From an uncultured Verrucomicrobiae bacterium (GTDB lineage Bacteria > Verrucomicrobiota > Verrucomicrobiia > Limisphaerales > Palsa-1400), in the NCBI GenBank assembly GCA_963764165.1, contig CAVXRD010000002.1:1984001-2048000 (forward strand): DNA of 64,000 nucleotides, given 5' to 3'. Positions 29,144 through 38,967 of the stretch are shown piece by piece. Both the position numbers and the translations under genes were made by a program. The number at the start of each line of letters is the position of its first letter. The stretch's first letter is position 1. The notes under the pieces were generated by a model. It saw nothing but the letters and a program-made list of their open reading frames with translations, was not told where the DNA came from and made no database searches.

Positions 29144-30729
29144 GGCGGGCTCCACCGATAACTCCACGTCTCGCTCGCCATGCCGTCGCTGCGGCGCAGC
29201 GTGCATTTGAGATCGATCGGCTTGTGATCGCCGTCCGCCGGAAGGAGGTCGAGGAAAACGCGCCAGGTGTTGTCAGCGGTGTTGCGGAAAATTTGCGTCA
29301 GCGTAATCGTGCCATTGGTGCTGCAAGTGGTCTCGGCCTTGGGCGGCGTGTCGTCGCCGTTGTTGAGCGGCAGATTGAAGTCAACTATAAGCTGGTGCTG
29401 GCGCTGGTCGCGCGGATCAAGGCCGGCGCGCGTCGAGGTCACGATGTTCGATGAGAGCGGCATGTCAAATCCGCGCGTCCAAGACATCCCGTAACCGAAT
29501 CGATACGGCTGCATCGGCTGCGGTTTCGTGGCCGGATTCCAAAAGGCGACGATGTTGTCCAGCCCCTCATATTGCGTGCTCAATTCGACAAGATGAATTT
29601 GCCCTTCGCCCCAATTGCTGTTCGGTTCAATCCACACGCTGGGCGATGTATCGTAGTTATGGAACAAGTCCTGATAAGCGTCGAACTTGCGCTCGCGCTG
29701 AAGCAGGCCGAACCCGCGAATGTTGCGTCCCTGGAAAATTTCGTGCTGCAACGCAACCGGATTATCCAGCGCGTGAAAGATCCATTCGCCGCTCTCGGTG
29801 TGCATAAGCAAGCCGTCGCTGTCATGGACTTCCGGGCGGTAATCGTTGAATTTGCGCTCCGTGTTTTTGCCGTACCAAAACATGCTCGTCAGCGGCGCAA
29901 GGCCAATCGTTGCCAGCGCCCGGCGGTTCGGATCAGCCGCGAGGATGTCCCGCTGATCGCGAAAATAAATGATCGCTTCCACCTGCGCATGCGTGGTGGC
30001 GCCGGGCGTGATCAAAAATTCGTAAGCGCCCGTGCAGCTTACACTGTCAAGAATCGCGTAGAGCAGCAGGGCCGGATCGCCGTTCTGCGGCTTGCCCAGC
30101 CACCAGTCGGTGAAGATGGGGAATTCCTCCGGCCGCCCGTCTTCGCCGCAATCCAGCGCCAGCCCGCGCGCCGACATTCCGTAGACCTGCCCTTCCCCGA
30201 GCAATCGAAAATAGCTGGCTCCCTGGAACGCCCCCAATTCATCCCATTTCTCGGGCGCATTGGTCGGGATCGGCGTGGCGGGAGTTATGAAATTCGACCA
30301 TTTTACATTGAGGCGGAACCCGGCATAACCGGTGTTGGCCGGAATATCCGACGGCAGCTTCAACGCGCGATAATTGAAAAAATCCGGCGTAAAACGAATC
30401 GGCTGAACGTGGGTGGACGAAAACTCGTTCAAATGCACCGGCTCCTGATAAAGATAACCAAGGTGGAAAAACTCGGCCCGGAACGGAAGATGCTCGGCCC
30501 GCCACAACGCCTGATCGTCGCGGAATTCGATCTGGCGATACTCGTCGTAAGTCAATTTCTTGAGGAAATCCGGCAAATCGGCGCGGGGCGAACGGAATGG
30601 TTTGCGGGCGCGCTCCTCCGCCCGCTTGGCCACGTATTCGAGAGTAACGTGCGCCGCCTCCAGCTTTGGGAGGGCCAGAGCTGGGCAAACCAAGGCGAGG
30701 AGCGAAATAAACGTTAGAAAGCGCGTCAT
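29140..30729 (-). CDS. opgG: Periplasmic glucan biosynthesis protein OpgG/MdoG
   Basis: FQGASYFR, GMSARGLALD, EEFP, APLTSMFWYG, RPEVHDSDGL, GFGLLQR, DNIVAFW, SETWSY; signal peptide. Confidence 0.93.
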   Translation of the reverse strand: MTRFLTFISLLALVCPALALPKLEAAHVTLEYVAKRAEERARKPFRSPRADLPDFLKKLTYDEYRQIEFRDDQALWRAEHLPFRAEFFHLGYLYQEPVHLNEFSSTHVQPIRFTPDFFNYRALKLPSDIPANTGYAGFRLNVKWSNFITPATPIPTNAPEKWDELGAFQGASYFRLLGEGQVYGMSARGLALDCGEDGRPEEFPIFTDWWLGKPQNGDPALLLYAILDSVSCTGAYEFLITPGATTHAQVEAIIYFRDQRDILAADPNRRALATIGLAPLTSMFWYGKNTERKFNDYRPEVHDSDGLLMHTESGEWIFHALDNPVALQHEIFQGRNIRGFGLLQRERKFDAYQDLFHNYDTSPSVWIEPNSNWGEGQIHLVELSTQYEGLDNIVAFWNPATKPQPMQPYRFGYGMSWTRGFDMPLSSNIVTSTRAGLDPRDQRQHQLIVDFNLPLNNGDDTPPKAETTCSTNGTITLTQIFRNTADNTWRVFLDLLPADGDHKPIDLKCTLRRSDGMASETWSYRWSPP

Positions 30730-30816
30730 CCTGTCCCATGACCAGTAACAAAAATCCGGCAAATTGCAAGAGGGTCAAGCACAGGGTGTTGACCTACCTC
30801 GGGCGGGGGAAGGTTT

Positions 30817-30903
30817 CAACAGAAGGAAACGAAGGGAACGAAGTGGGGAAAAGAAACTGTCCGAGCAGTTCCTCGCCTTCGTTTCCTTTGTTTCCTTCTG
30901 TTG
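30817..30903. repeat. 87-bp element with 27-bp inverted arms built from 9-bp tandem units
   Basis: caacagaaggaaacgaagggaacgaag matches the reverse complement of 30877-30903 at 25/27 positions. Confidence 0.75.
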
Positions 30904-30963
30904 GCACTCTATCAGCGACTCGGGTAAAATCCCGTCGTGTGTGCCATTCGACCGTGATGCGCA

Positions 30964-32322
30964 TCACCGGCGGAGCGACATCCCAGGCGAATTGGAAAGC
31001 AGATCCTGCGGATTCACCACGAAATCAAACGACAACGGGCTGGTGGGCACGATGCGGAAAGTCACGGTTTTCGAATTTGGTTTTGGATGAAAAGAAAAGC
31101 CTGCAGTCCCCGCAAAGCTGGCAAGCGAACGCTGTGAGTCCAGCACTTGGCCATCTTGGTCTGTTGTGGACACCAGAACGGCTGCAGCGAGTCGCTTGTC
31201 TCTTACATTGACCATCAACCTCGGCGATCCGTCGTCGGCTAAAGTTTCAAGAGTGCCGCGCGGCGGTTCGGAAATCTGATTTCCCTGCGGCCGGGCCACT
31301 GGCGGCGGGCCGATGACCCGCGTCGTGTTGTAGCCGCGGCTGGTTGACGCACCGTAAAGCCAGGTGACATCGACATCGACGCCCAGCATGTTTGTCTTTT
31401 TATTGATGGCCACCAATTCGCCGGGCTGAGGAATGGCAATGTTACTCAAGATCAACAGTTCATCGCCGACATAACGACTCAAGTTGTATCGAGTGATGAT
31501 GGCATGTATCTTCCACGCTGGTTCATTTGGGGAGAGCGCCACTACGGGTGAAGACAGGGTTTCGAGATTGTTGCCAGTTGCGTCCGAAATGTTTTCAATA
31601 ATCGGGGCCGCGCCGGCCAAATCCGAAATTGTTGACGAGACAGAGAATTGGGGGTTCGAAAAATGAAGCCCGTCGCGATTGCTCTCCAACGCAAGCCCTT
31701 TGAAAGTCAGCGCTGTGTGGCCGTTCGTAACAGTCTGAGGCAAAGGGAGCGCGGTCCAGATCGGAAACGGCCCGGTCTGAGGATTTTTGACGCGAATCCG
31801 TGCCATCGCAGCCCCATCGTCATCGGTAAGTTCCAGCCAAAACTCAGATTGCCGCCGTGGAAAGGAATTGAGCATCATCGCCGATACAATCCTCCCGCTT
31901 GGGCGAAATTTCGTGGTGAACTTTCCCGCGAACCCGGAACAAACCGATCCCGTGTCGTCCACTGCGCGAAAAGAAGTCCAGGGCACCGCCGCTCCGGCAT
32001 CGTTCGGCAGCCCCTTCAGTTCGACAATAATTGACAACGTGTTCGAATCGGCAAACATCGACAATTTTAGCGGTTTGGAAATCAAATCAGACAGTTTTTT
32101 GGGAAGAACCTTCCGCGCCCAGCGCTCCCACGTGGTTTCAGTGGTGAAAAAGGGAATGCCGTAAACGGTTCCCAATATCTCCACAGTGGAGCCATCCGGC
32201 AATCGCGCCCGGCTCCGATTTCGTTCGTTGACAGCGCTGCGCCAAGTCCAAATGATGGCGACGATCATACAAATCGCGAGCAAGGCAAAGATAAGCTTGC
32301 GATGGATTTTGCGCTCAATCAC
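30964..32322 (-). CDS. Hypothetical membrane-anchored protein, tandem paralog 4 of 4
   Basis: N-terminal TM helix; shared motifs SFPRRQSEFW, PLPQTVTNG, DATGN, EPAWK, FDFVVNPQD; GTG start. Confidence 0.75.
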   Translation of the reverse strand: MIERKIHRKLIFALLAICMIVAIIWTWRSAVNERNRSRARLPDGSTVEILGTVYGIPFFTTETTWERWARKVLPKKLSDLISKPLKLSMFADSNTLSIIVELKGLPNDAGAAVPWTSFRAVDDTGSVCSGFAGKFTTKFRPSGRIVSAMMLNSFPRRQSEFWLELTDDDGAAMARIRVKNPQTGPFPIWTALPLPQTVTNGHTALTFKGLALESNRDGLHFSNPQFSVSSTISDLAGAAPIIENISDATGNNLETLSSPVVALSPNEPAWKIHAIITRYNLSRYVGDELLILSNIAIPQPGELVAINKKTNMLGVDVDVTWLYGASTSRGYNTTRVIGPPPVARPQGNQISEPPRGTLETLADDGSPRLMVNVRDKRLAAAVLVSTTDQDGQVLDSQRSLASFAGTAGFSFHPKPNSKTVTFRIVPTSPLSFDFVVNPQDLLSNSPGMSLRR

Positions 32323-32361
32323 GACAAAGTCTGTTTTATGCTGTCAATCCTGTTCATCCTG

Positions 32362-33768
32362 TCAAAACGTCTTTTTTGGCTGCGGCTGAGCGCGCTGTGA
32401 CGCTCTGGCCTGTGCGACAGCAGTATTGGAGAAAACGTCCTGAGGATTCACCATGAAATCAAAAAGCAGCGGACCGTTAAAAACCAGAACCAGGCGCACG
32501 GAGAGTGTTTTCGACGTCGAATTCGGACGCAAAGTTAAGAGGCGAAATCGCTTATGTTCGACAGTGCTAGAATTGGGTGTGGTTTCGCACAAATCGACCT
32601 TTTGGCCATCTTGGTCGGTTGCCCATTCCCAAATCTCATCCTTCGCCCCCGCTCCGCTGAACTCAACCAGCATCGTTGGACTATTGCACATCCAGGTTTC
32701 AACGACATTAGTTCCAGTCTCCAATAGCGAATGACTGTTAGTTCCTATCGGTGGAGCGGCGCTTGCAAACATCACACCGTTGCTCAGGCTGACTTGCCTT
32801 GCCCCGGCGAGGTAAGTGATATCCACTCCCACGTCGCAGATGTTTGTCTTTCTGTCGATAGTCAGAAATTCGCCGTGTTGAGGAATCGGGAAGTTGGTCA
32901 AGACCAGTTGTTCTTCGTTGTCGAAATCGATCCAGCGACCTCGCGACAACCAGACGTGGAGTTTGCACGCCGGCTCGTTCGGAGAGAAATACAGAGGATC
33001 GTCGGCAGTCATGCATACATTTCCGGTTGCATCGGAACAGTCCATCAGTTGCGGCTCTGCCTTTGCCCACTCCGGATTCTTCGATTTGACGCTGAATTTA
33101 GGCACAAGATAAGGCCAGCCCGGCCTTCCCGCTTGTGTGATGCTTTCAAGAGTTAATTGGACGGGGCCGTTCGTGAGTGTTTGTGGCAAAGGCAACGTTG
33201 GCCACGTCGGAAAAGGGCCGGGATCGGGATTGGGCACACGCAACCGGCCCAGACTCGCTCCCGAGGAATCGACCATGTCCAACCAAAACCAGGGTCTCCG
33301 GCGAGGAAAGGATCGCATGAGCATCCGGGTGACCGACTTTCCCCTGCCGCCCAAAAACGTCGCACATTCATTAATTCCGCAGATTCCCCCGCTCTCGTCT
33401 TCCGTCCGGATCGACACCCAAGGCTCGCCTTCGCCCCAGAGAGGCGGTCCGGTTACTTGCAGGAAGACTTCCGGTCCCGGGTAATTGAAGGTTCCCAACA
33501 ATGAACCGCCGGATATCGGACGCGGAATCCAACCGGTGAGTTTTTTGGGGAGATATTTCCGCGCCAAACGCTGCCATTTAGTTTCCGTAGTGAATATGTT
33601 GGCGCCATAAGCGGCTCCCAAATATTCCACGACATAACCATTTGCCAGCGTCACCCTGAGCTTGTTTCGTTCGTTGACACCGCTGCGCCAAGCCCAAACG
33701 ACGGCGGCGAGCAGACAAATGGCGAGCAAGGCAAAGGCTATTTTCCTTTTCTCCGCATTCGCATCCAC
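32362..33768 (-). CDS. Hypothetical membrane-anchored protein, tandem paralog 3 of 4
   Basis: TM helix; EYLGAAYG, TETKWQRLARK, SFPRRRPWFW, PLPQTLTNGP, DATGN, FDFMVNPQD. Confidence 0.75.
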   Translation of the reverse strand: MDANAEKRKIAFALLAICLLAAVVWAWRSGVNERNKLRVTLANGYVVEYLGAAYGANIFTTETKWQRLARKYLPKKLTGWIPRPISGGSLLGTFNYPGPEVFLQVTGPPLWGEGEPWVSIRTEDESGGICGINECATFLGGRGKSVTRMLMRSFPRRRPWFWLDMVDSSGASLGRLRVPNPDPGPFPTWPTLPLPQTLTNGPVQLTLESITQAGRPGWPYLVPKFSVKSKNPEWAKAEPQLMDCSDATGNVCMTADDPLYFSPNEPACKLHVWLSRGRWIDFDNEEQLVLTNFPIPQHGEFLTIDRKTNICDVGVDITYLAGARQVSLSNGVMFASAAPPIGTNSHSLLETGTNVVETWMCNSPTMLVEFSGAGAKDEIWEWATDQDGQKVDLCETTPNSSTVEHKRFRLLTLRPNSTSKTLSVRLVLVFNGPLLFDFMVNPQDVFSNTAVAQARASQRAQPQPKKTF

Positions 33769-33822
33769 AGATGCAAGTTAGATGCAAACTCACCTGAATC
33801 GTTCGATGAATTGGGGAATAAA

Positions 33823-35094
33823 TTATTTGCCGTAGTTGGTGGAAAAAACATCCGCAGGGTTCACTATGAATTCAAACATCAAAGGGCGGCTGATCGCCAA
33901 TCGCACCGTCAGCGTCTTCGATGTCGGGTATGGACTCATAACGAACCGCATCTCGTGATTGTCTCCCGACATTTTAGAGCTCACCGTTTTGCCGTCCTGG
34001 TCGATGACGCTTATCTCAAGTTCCTCGTAATCCTTGAACCCTTGCGCTTTCATTTTTAGCACGGGATGCGCATTCTGGGGAGGAAGGTCTGTCTTGTCAG
34101 CGACACCGTTGGTGGGACCAACCGGCCCGCCGCCAGACAGTTCCGTGACGCTTAACGCGATCCAAAGGAAGTTTGTGTGCACATCCAGGGGCACGGACAA
34201 GCCGGGGCCGGGAATCGAAAGCGCGGGCAAAACCAGCACTTCATCGCCGGGCAGCTCGCCAAGGTTCCTCCGCTTCACGCAAGCGCGAACGTTCCATGCC
34301 GGCTCCGACGACGGGAGCCATTCATGACTCTCATTGCCGGTGGCATCTATGAATTCCTCGAACACGGGTTGGGCATTCGTCCATGCCGGATTCGTGGTTG
34401 TGAGGCTGAATCGCGGAGTCATTCCTCTCACTTTCGGCGGCCTCGGAGGCATCAAATTCTTCAGCGTTAGTTCCACGGGTCCATTTGTTTCTGTTTGCGG
34501 CAAGGGCGAGGTTTTCCAGGCCGGAAACGGCCCCGTGACTGGGTTTTGCACGCGGAATCGAGCCATCGTCGAACCTTGGGAACCACCCACCTCGAACCAA
34601 AATTCAGATTGCCGCCGCGGGTAAGAATTGATCGACATCCCACAAAGAACCGTTCCTTTGGCAGGGTCGGACGAAGTCAACATTGCGCCGCTGTTCTGAT
34701 AAGCCTCGCCCGCATCGTCCACCGCCCGAAACGTCTTCCAAGGCATGCCTGTGCTTCCGATGCCGGGCGGCCCCTTCAACTCGACATAAACGGCCAGCGC
34801 ATTTGACCCATTGCGGATTGAGGGGCGGCTGGGGGCCGGGATCCAGCCCGTGAGCGCCGAGGGAAGTGCCTTGCGAGCCAGGTGCTGCCATTTGGTTTCG
34901 GTATTGAATGAGGTGTTGCCGTAGGCCGTTCCCAAATATTCCACAGTCAACCCGCCCGGCAAGGCCGCCACGCGCCGATGTCGCTCATTGACAGCGCTGC
35001 TCCAAAGCAAGACGAGAGCTACAAGGATGGCAATTGCCAGCAAGGCAAGAAATAGCCGGAGCGCCACCGTGGCTTTTCGCGCGTTTGAATCCAC
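33823..35094 (-). CDS. Hypothetical membrane-anchored protein, tandem paralog 2 of 4
   Basis: Same motifs (EYLGTAYG, SYPRRQSEFW, DATGN, FEFIVNPAD). Start set at GTG 35094 by alignment with the paralogs. Confidence 0.75.
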   Translation of the reverse strand: MDSNARKATVALRLFLALLAIAILVALVLLWSSAVNERHRRVAALPGGLTVEYLGTAYGNTSFNTETKWQHLARKALPSALTGWIPAPSRPSIRNGSNALAVYVELKGPPGIGSTGMPWKTFRAVDDAGEAYQNSGAMLTSSDPAKGTVLCGMSINSYPRRQSEFWFEVGGSQGSTMARFRVQNPVTGPFPAWKTSPLPQTETNGPVELTLKNLMPPRPPKVRGMTPRFSLTTTNPAWTNAQPVFEEFIDATGNESHEWLPSSEPAWNVRACVKRRNLGELPGDEVLVLPALSIPGPGLSVPLDVHTNFLWIALSVTELSGGGPVGPTNGVADKTDLPPQNAHPVLKMKAQGFKDYEELEISVIDQDGKTVSSKMSGDNHEMRFVMSPYPTSKTLTVRLAISRPLMFEFIVNPADVFSTNYGK

Positions 35095-35188
35095 TGATGC
35101 AACGGAGATTACGAATTCATGCGTGCAGAAACAACGATTCGTTTGGAATGCAAAGGTAGCAACGCCCCGCCAAGGCGTCCCTGCCTTT

Positions 35189-36553
35189 CTAACGCCGGGA
35201 GGACGCTGCTTGGCGCGAGCCCGGCGCGTTGGAAAGGGCTTGCGCCGGGTTGACCATAAATTCAAACGGCAGCGAGGTGTTGATGCCGAGCTGTATCGTC
35301 AGCCCCTTCAATGCCGCGTGCAGATGCAGCAACCGATAGGTCGAGCCTCTGAGTTTGTCGAAACTCACCTTCTCTTTCGCGCCCTCGTCATCGGTGACCA
35401 AATACTCAATGAAATCTGCCTTGGACAATCCGCGGGCGTCGACGATCAGCCCTGGCCCCGTGAAGGAGGAAGGGCGGGACATGCCTTTTCCGCCGCGGGA
35501 GGCATTGCGCCCGAGCGCGCGTCCCTCGGAAGAGGGCGGGGACGCCGTCACCAGTTGCACAATGCCATTGCTGATCGAGAATACGCCATCGCCGACCAAA
35601 CCCAGGACATTTAATTCGACTCCCGCGATGTTCGTTTTGACATCCATCGGCGCGATTTTTCCTGTGTCTGGAACGGAGAGGCCGCGCAGGAGCACAATTT
35701 CGTCGGCCGCGAAGTCGCCGGGAAATTGCCGCGATGCCACCATTTGAATCTTCCATGCCGGCTCGGTAGGCGGCAGAAACGTCGAGCTCTGGTTGCCGGT
35801 GGCATCGAGAATTTCGCGGACAAAAGGCCTCGCGTTGGCCCAACCTAGATTGGCCGAAGCGATGTTGAATTGCGGCGCGAGGACAATGCCCGAGGCGTTG
35901 GTTTGCATCGCCAGCCCTCTTAAGGTGAGTTCCACCGGGCCGTTTGTCACCGTTTGCGGCAAAGGCGGCGCTTTCCACACCGGGTATTGCCCTGCCACCG
36001 GATTGTTGACTCGGAATCTGGCCATTCGCGAGGACGCCGAATCGAGAACCTCATACCAAAAGTCGCTCTGCCGCCGCGGAAAAGACTGGAGCGACATTCC
36101 ATTAATGATCATCCCCTTGGCGGCGTCCGTCATTTGCTTCCAAGTCGAACTGGCTGGGTAGGCCGCGCCATCATCGCCAACAGCCCGCGCTGAGCTCCAT
36201 AGCGATTTTGCGCCGAAGGACCCCGCCGGGCCCTTCGCCCGAACGAAGACAGTCAGGGCATTCGATCCAGGGGAAAGTGTGGTTCTCCACGGGGTCGGGA
36301 GCCAGCCGCTCCATTTCGCTGGAAGGATTTCGCGGGCAATGCGCTGCCATTTTGTTTCGCTATCGAAGGAGGTATTGCCATGCGCTGTGCCCAAGTATTC
36401 CAAAGTGAGGCCGCCGGGCAGCGTGGCATGGTGCAGGGCGCGTTCATTGGCGGTGTCTCTCCAGAACCACGCCATTCCCAGCAAAAGGCCAAGGATCAGC
36501 AAGGCAAGAATCGCCCGTTGCGCCAGCATCGCTTTTCGCGCCTTCGTTTCCAC
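35189..36553 (-). CDS. Hypothetical membrane-anchored protein, tandem paralog 1 of 4
   Basis: Same motifs (EYLGTAHG, SFPRRQSDFW, DATGN, FEFMVNPAQ). Start GTG 36553 (TTG 36562 also possible). Confidence 0.75.
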   Translation of the reverse strand: METKARKAMLAQRAILALLILGLLLGMAWFWRDTANERALHHATLPGGLTLEYLGTAHGNTSFDSETKWQRIAREILPAKWSGWLPTPWRTTLSPGSNALTVFVRAKGPAGSFGAKSLWSSARAVGDDGAAYPASSTWKQMTDAAKGMIINGMSLQSFPRRQSDFWYEVLDSASSRMARFRVNNPVAGQYPVWKAPPLPQTVTNGPVELTLRGLAMQTNASGIVLAPQFNIASANLGWANARPFVREILDATGNQSSTFLPPTEPAWKIQMVASRQFPGDFAADEIVLLRGLSVPDTGKIAPMDVKTNIAGVELNVLGLVGDGVFSISNGIVQLVTASPPSSEGRALGRNASRGGKGMSRPSSFTGPGLIVDARGLSKADFIEYLVTDDEGAKEKVSFDKLRGSTYRLLHLHAALKGLTIQLGINTSLPFEFMVNPAQALSNAPGSRQAASSRR

Positions 36554-36670
36554 TGATGTCAAACAGCTTACAAATCAGCTCCTGTCGAGACAATCCTTGG
36601 TTGCCGAAAATGAAGTCACAGGATGACCCAGATAATCAGGAACGACCAAACTCAGAAAAGAATCTGTGGC

Positions 36671-37187
36671 TCATTCAATTTCCTTCCGGCGGCGGATTTG
36701 GAAATCCGCGCTACGGCGAATCTGCAGCTCCCTTGCGGCTTTTCCATAGTTCGTCCGACTCCAATTTTTTCGGCCCAGCCGCTCGAGAAGCTGGCCTTGC
36801 ACGGTTTGCCAGCCCCACGGGAAGCGCTCCAGGACATTCCATTTTTTGAAACGGGGGTCGTTCGGGTTGGGGTGAGGAACTTGCCCACGAATACGTCCAA
36901 CACGCTCAACCCACTCGAGAAGAGGAGACCAAGGGTCTGGTTTCGGCGTTCCTCAGCCAGCACGCCGGCGATCAATCGCCGCGCGGTCACCACGAAGCAA
37001 ATGCCCGCGAGGCAAAGATATAGTTCCAAGGCGCGGCCTCCGCCGCGGTCATGCATCAGCGAGCCAAACCAGACGAGAATCATTGAACCGGCAGTCGCGA
37101 ACGCAGCTACCTTCAGGCGGCCCCGGGCTGGCCGTTGCTTGCGCACAGCCACCCGCAACTCCGTTCAATCAGCGGCACAGACGCCAT
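36671..37187 (-). pseudogene. Decayed ABC-2-type permease gene (frameshift plus probable large internal deletion)
   Basis: MASVPLIER then a frameshift at about 37160 into LRVAVRK...AEERRNQTLGLLFSSGLSVLDVFVGKFL, a permease-type motif. A different frame then reads PNPNDPRFKKWNVLERFPWGW... Confidence 0.6.
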
Positions 37188-37360
37188 GGCACAATGGCAG
37201 TCAATGCCGGTGGAGCAGGGCAGTCAAGCTCTGTGCGTGGATGGGTAATGAGGCCGTTTGTTCGCGCGATGATGGGAGTGATGGGAATAATGGGACTCAC
37301 GCCTGGCGGCCTTCTACGTTGGATTGCGCAAGGGCGGTTTGGTGCCTAAGATGGTCTTCG

Positions 37361-38884
37361 ATGAAATCCAAAGGCATTGTTTATCTGGTGGGCGCGGGGC
37401 CCGGGGACGCGGGGCTGCTGACTGTGCGTGGGGCTGAATTGCTGGCCCGGGCGGGTGTGGTGGTTTATGACGCGTTGGTGAACAAGGATTTGCTTCGGCT
37501 GGCGCCGCCGGCGGCCGAACTGATTTACGCGGGAAAACGTTCCAGCGACCATGCCATTCCTCAAGACAAACTCAACCAACTCCTGGTCGAAAAAGCGAAG
37601 GCCGGGTTTTGCGTCGTTCGGCTGAAAGGCGGCGATCCGTATGTTTTTGGACGCGGCGGCGAAGAGGCGGTGGAACTCGAGGAAGCGGGCGTGCCCTTTG
37701 AAGTCGTCCCGGGCGTGACCTCGAGCATCGCGGGGCCGAATTATGCGGGCATTCCTGTCACGCATCGCGAGTTTTGTTCCAGTTTTACGGTTGTCACTGG
37801 CCACGAGGATCCGGATAAGGAAGGCCCCGAGGTGAATTGGGCGCAAATCGCGAAAACTCCGGGCACGAAGGTCATCATGATGGGCATTACGCGCATCAAG
37901 GTCATCGCCGAGGCCCTCATCGCCAACGGAATGCCGCCAGCGACGCCAGTGGCGATGATCCGATGGGCCACGACGGGCCGGCAGCAAACCGTTGCCGGAA
38001 CGCTGGCCGATATTGCCGAAGTCGGCGAAAAGGCGGGATTCAAGCCACCGGGTTTGGCGGTGGTGGGAGAGGTCGTCCGGCTTCGGAAAAAGTTAAATTG
38101 GTTCGAGAAACGCAGGCTGTTTGGCCAGCGCATCGTGGTCACGCGCACTCGAGAGCAGGCCGGTCAATTGAGCCGTTTGCTGTTGGAACGCGGGGCGGAC
38201 GTCCTCGAGATTCCCACCATTCGCGTTGAGCCGCCGAACGAGAAACACCCCATTGCCGACGCCTTGCTGGAATTGAATTCCTACGATTGGATCGTTTTTA
38301 CCAGTCCCAATGGTGTGACCGCCTTTTTCGAGTTCTTTTTCAGAGTGTTTGAGGACATGCGTGACATCGGCGGCGTGCGCATCGCGGCGGTGGGGCCGGC
38401 GACGGCTGAGAAATTGCGCGCCCTGCACCTGAAGGTGGACGCCATGCCGAAGGAGTACGTGGCCGGAAAGGTCGCCGACGCGATGTGCGCCGATGGCAGC
38501 GTGGAGAATCTAAAGGTTCTCCTGCTGCGGGCGGAAGTGGCGAGCAAGGAATTGCCGGAGAAGCTCGTGGAACTGGGGGCGATAGTGGACGACATCGCCG
38601 TTTACAAGACGGTGGCGGAAACGGAAGACCGGAGCGGCGCGAAAGCCCGCTTGATTGAAGACGGCGTGGATTGGATCACGTTCACCAGCAGTTCCACGGT
38701 GGAGAATTTCCATGCCTTGATCGACCTTCCTGCGCTCTTGAAGCAGCATCCCGGAATCAAGCTGGCGTCTATCGGTCCGGAAACGAGCAAAGCCATCACG
38801 GCTCTAGGGCTAAAAGCCGATTTGGAAGCGCGCGAACATACAATCGAGGGCCTGGCGAAGGCCATTGAGAATGCCATACATTAG
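37361..38884 (+). CDS. cobA: Uroporphyrinogen-III C-methyltransferase / uroporphyrinogen-III synthase fusion (CobA-HemD)
   Basis: VYLVGAGPGDAGLLT, RLKGGDPYVFGRGGEE, VPGVTS; HemD half IVVTR, IVFTSPNGV, AVGPAT, FTSSSTV, SIGPET. Real start ATG 37361, not 36623. Confidence 0.95.
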   Translation: MKSKGIVYLVGAGPGDAGLLTVRGAELLARAGVVVYDALVNKDLLRLAPPAAELIYAGKRSSDHAIPQDKLNQLLVEKAKAGFCVVRLKGGDPYVFGRGGEEAVELEEAGVPFEVVPGVTSSIAGPNYAGIPVTHREFCSSFTVVTGHEDPDKEGPEVNWAQIAKTPGTKVIMMGITRIKVIAEALIANGMPPATPVAMIRWATTGRQQTVAGTLADIAEVGEKAGFKPPGLAVVGEVVRLRKKLNWFEKRRLFGQRIVVTRTREQAGQLSRLLLERGADVLEIPTIRVEPPNEKHPIADALLELNSYDWIVFTSPNGVTAFFEFFFRVFEDMRDIGGVRIAAVGPATAEKLRALHLKVDAMPKEYVAGKVADAMCADGSVENLKVLLLRAEVASKELPEKLVELGAIVDDIAVYKTVAETEDRSGAKARLIEDGVDWITFTSSSTVENFHALIDLPALLKQHPGIKLASIGPETSKAITALGLKADLEAREHTIEGLAKAIENAIH

Positions 38885-38967
38885 ATCGCCGCACTTGAAA
38901 ACGGCAATAATGCAATCAAGTCGATTTCTTCGTTGACCTTTGCGCCCGTTTCGGTCACTTTGGCGCG

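Noticed and set aside
35095..35265. 57-aa N-terminal extension of paralog 2
   Set aside because: Overlaps the upstream paralog and a degenerate REP; alignment supports GTG 35094.
36623..37360. 246-aa N-terminal extension of CobA-HemD in the ORF track
   Set aside because: Antisense to the permease relic and REP; homology begins at MKSKGIVYLVG (37361).
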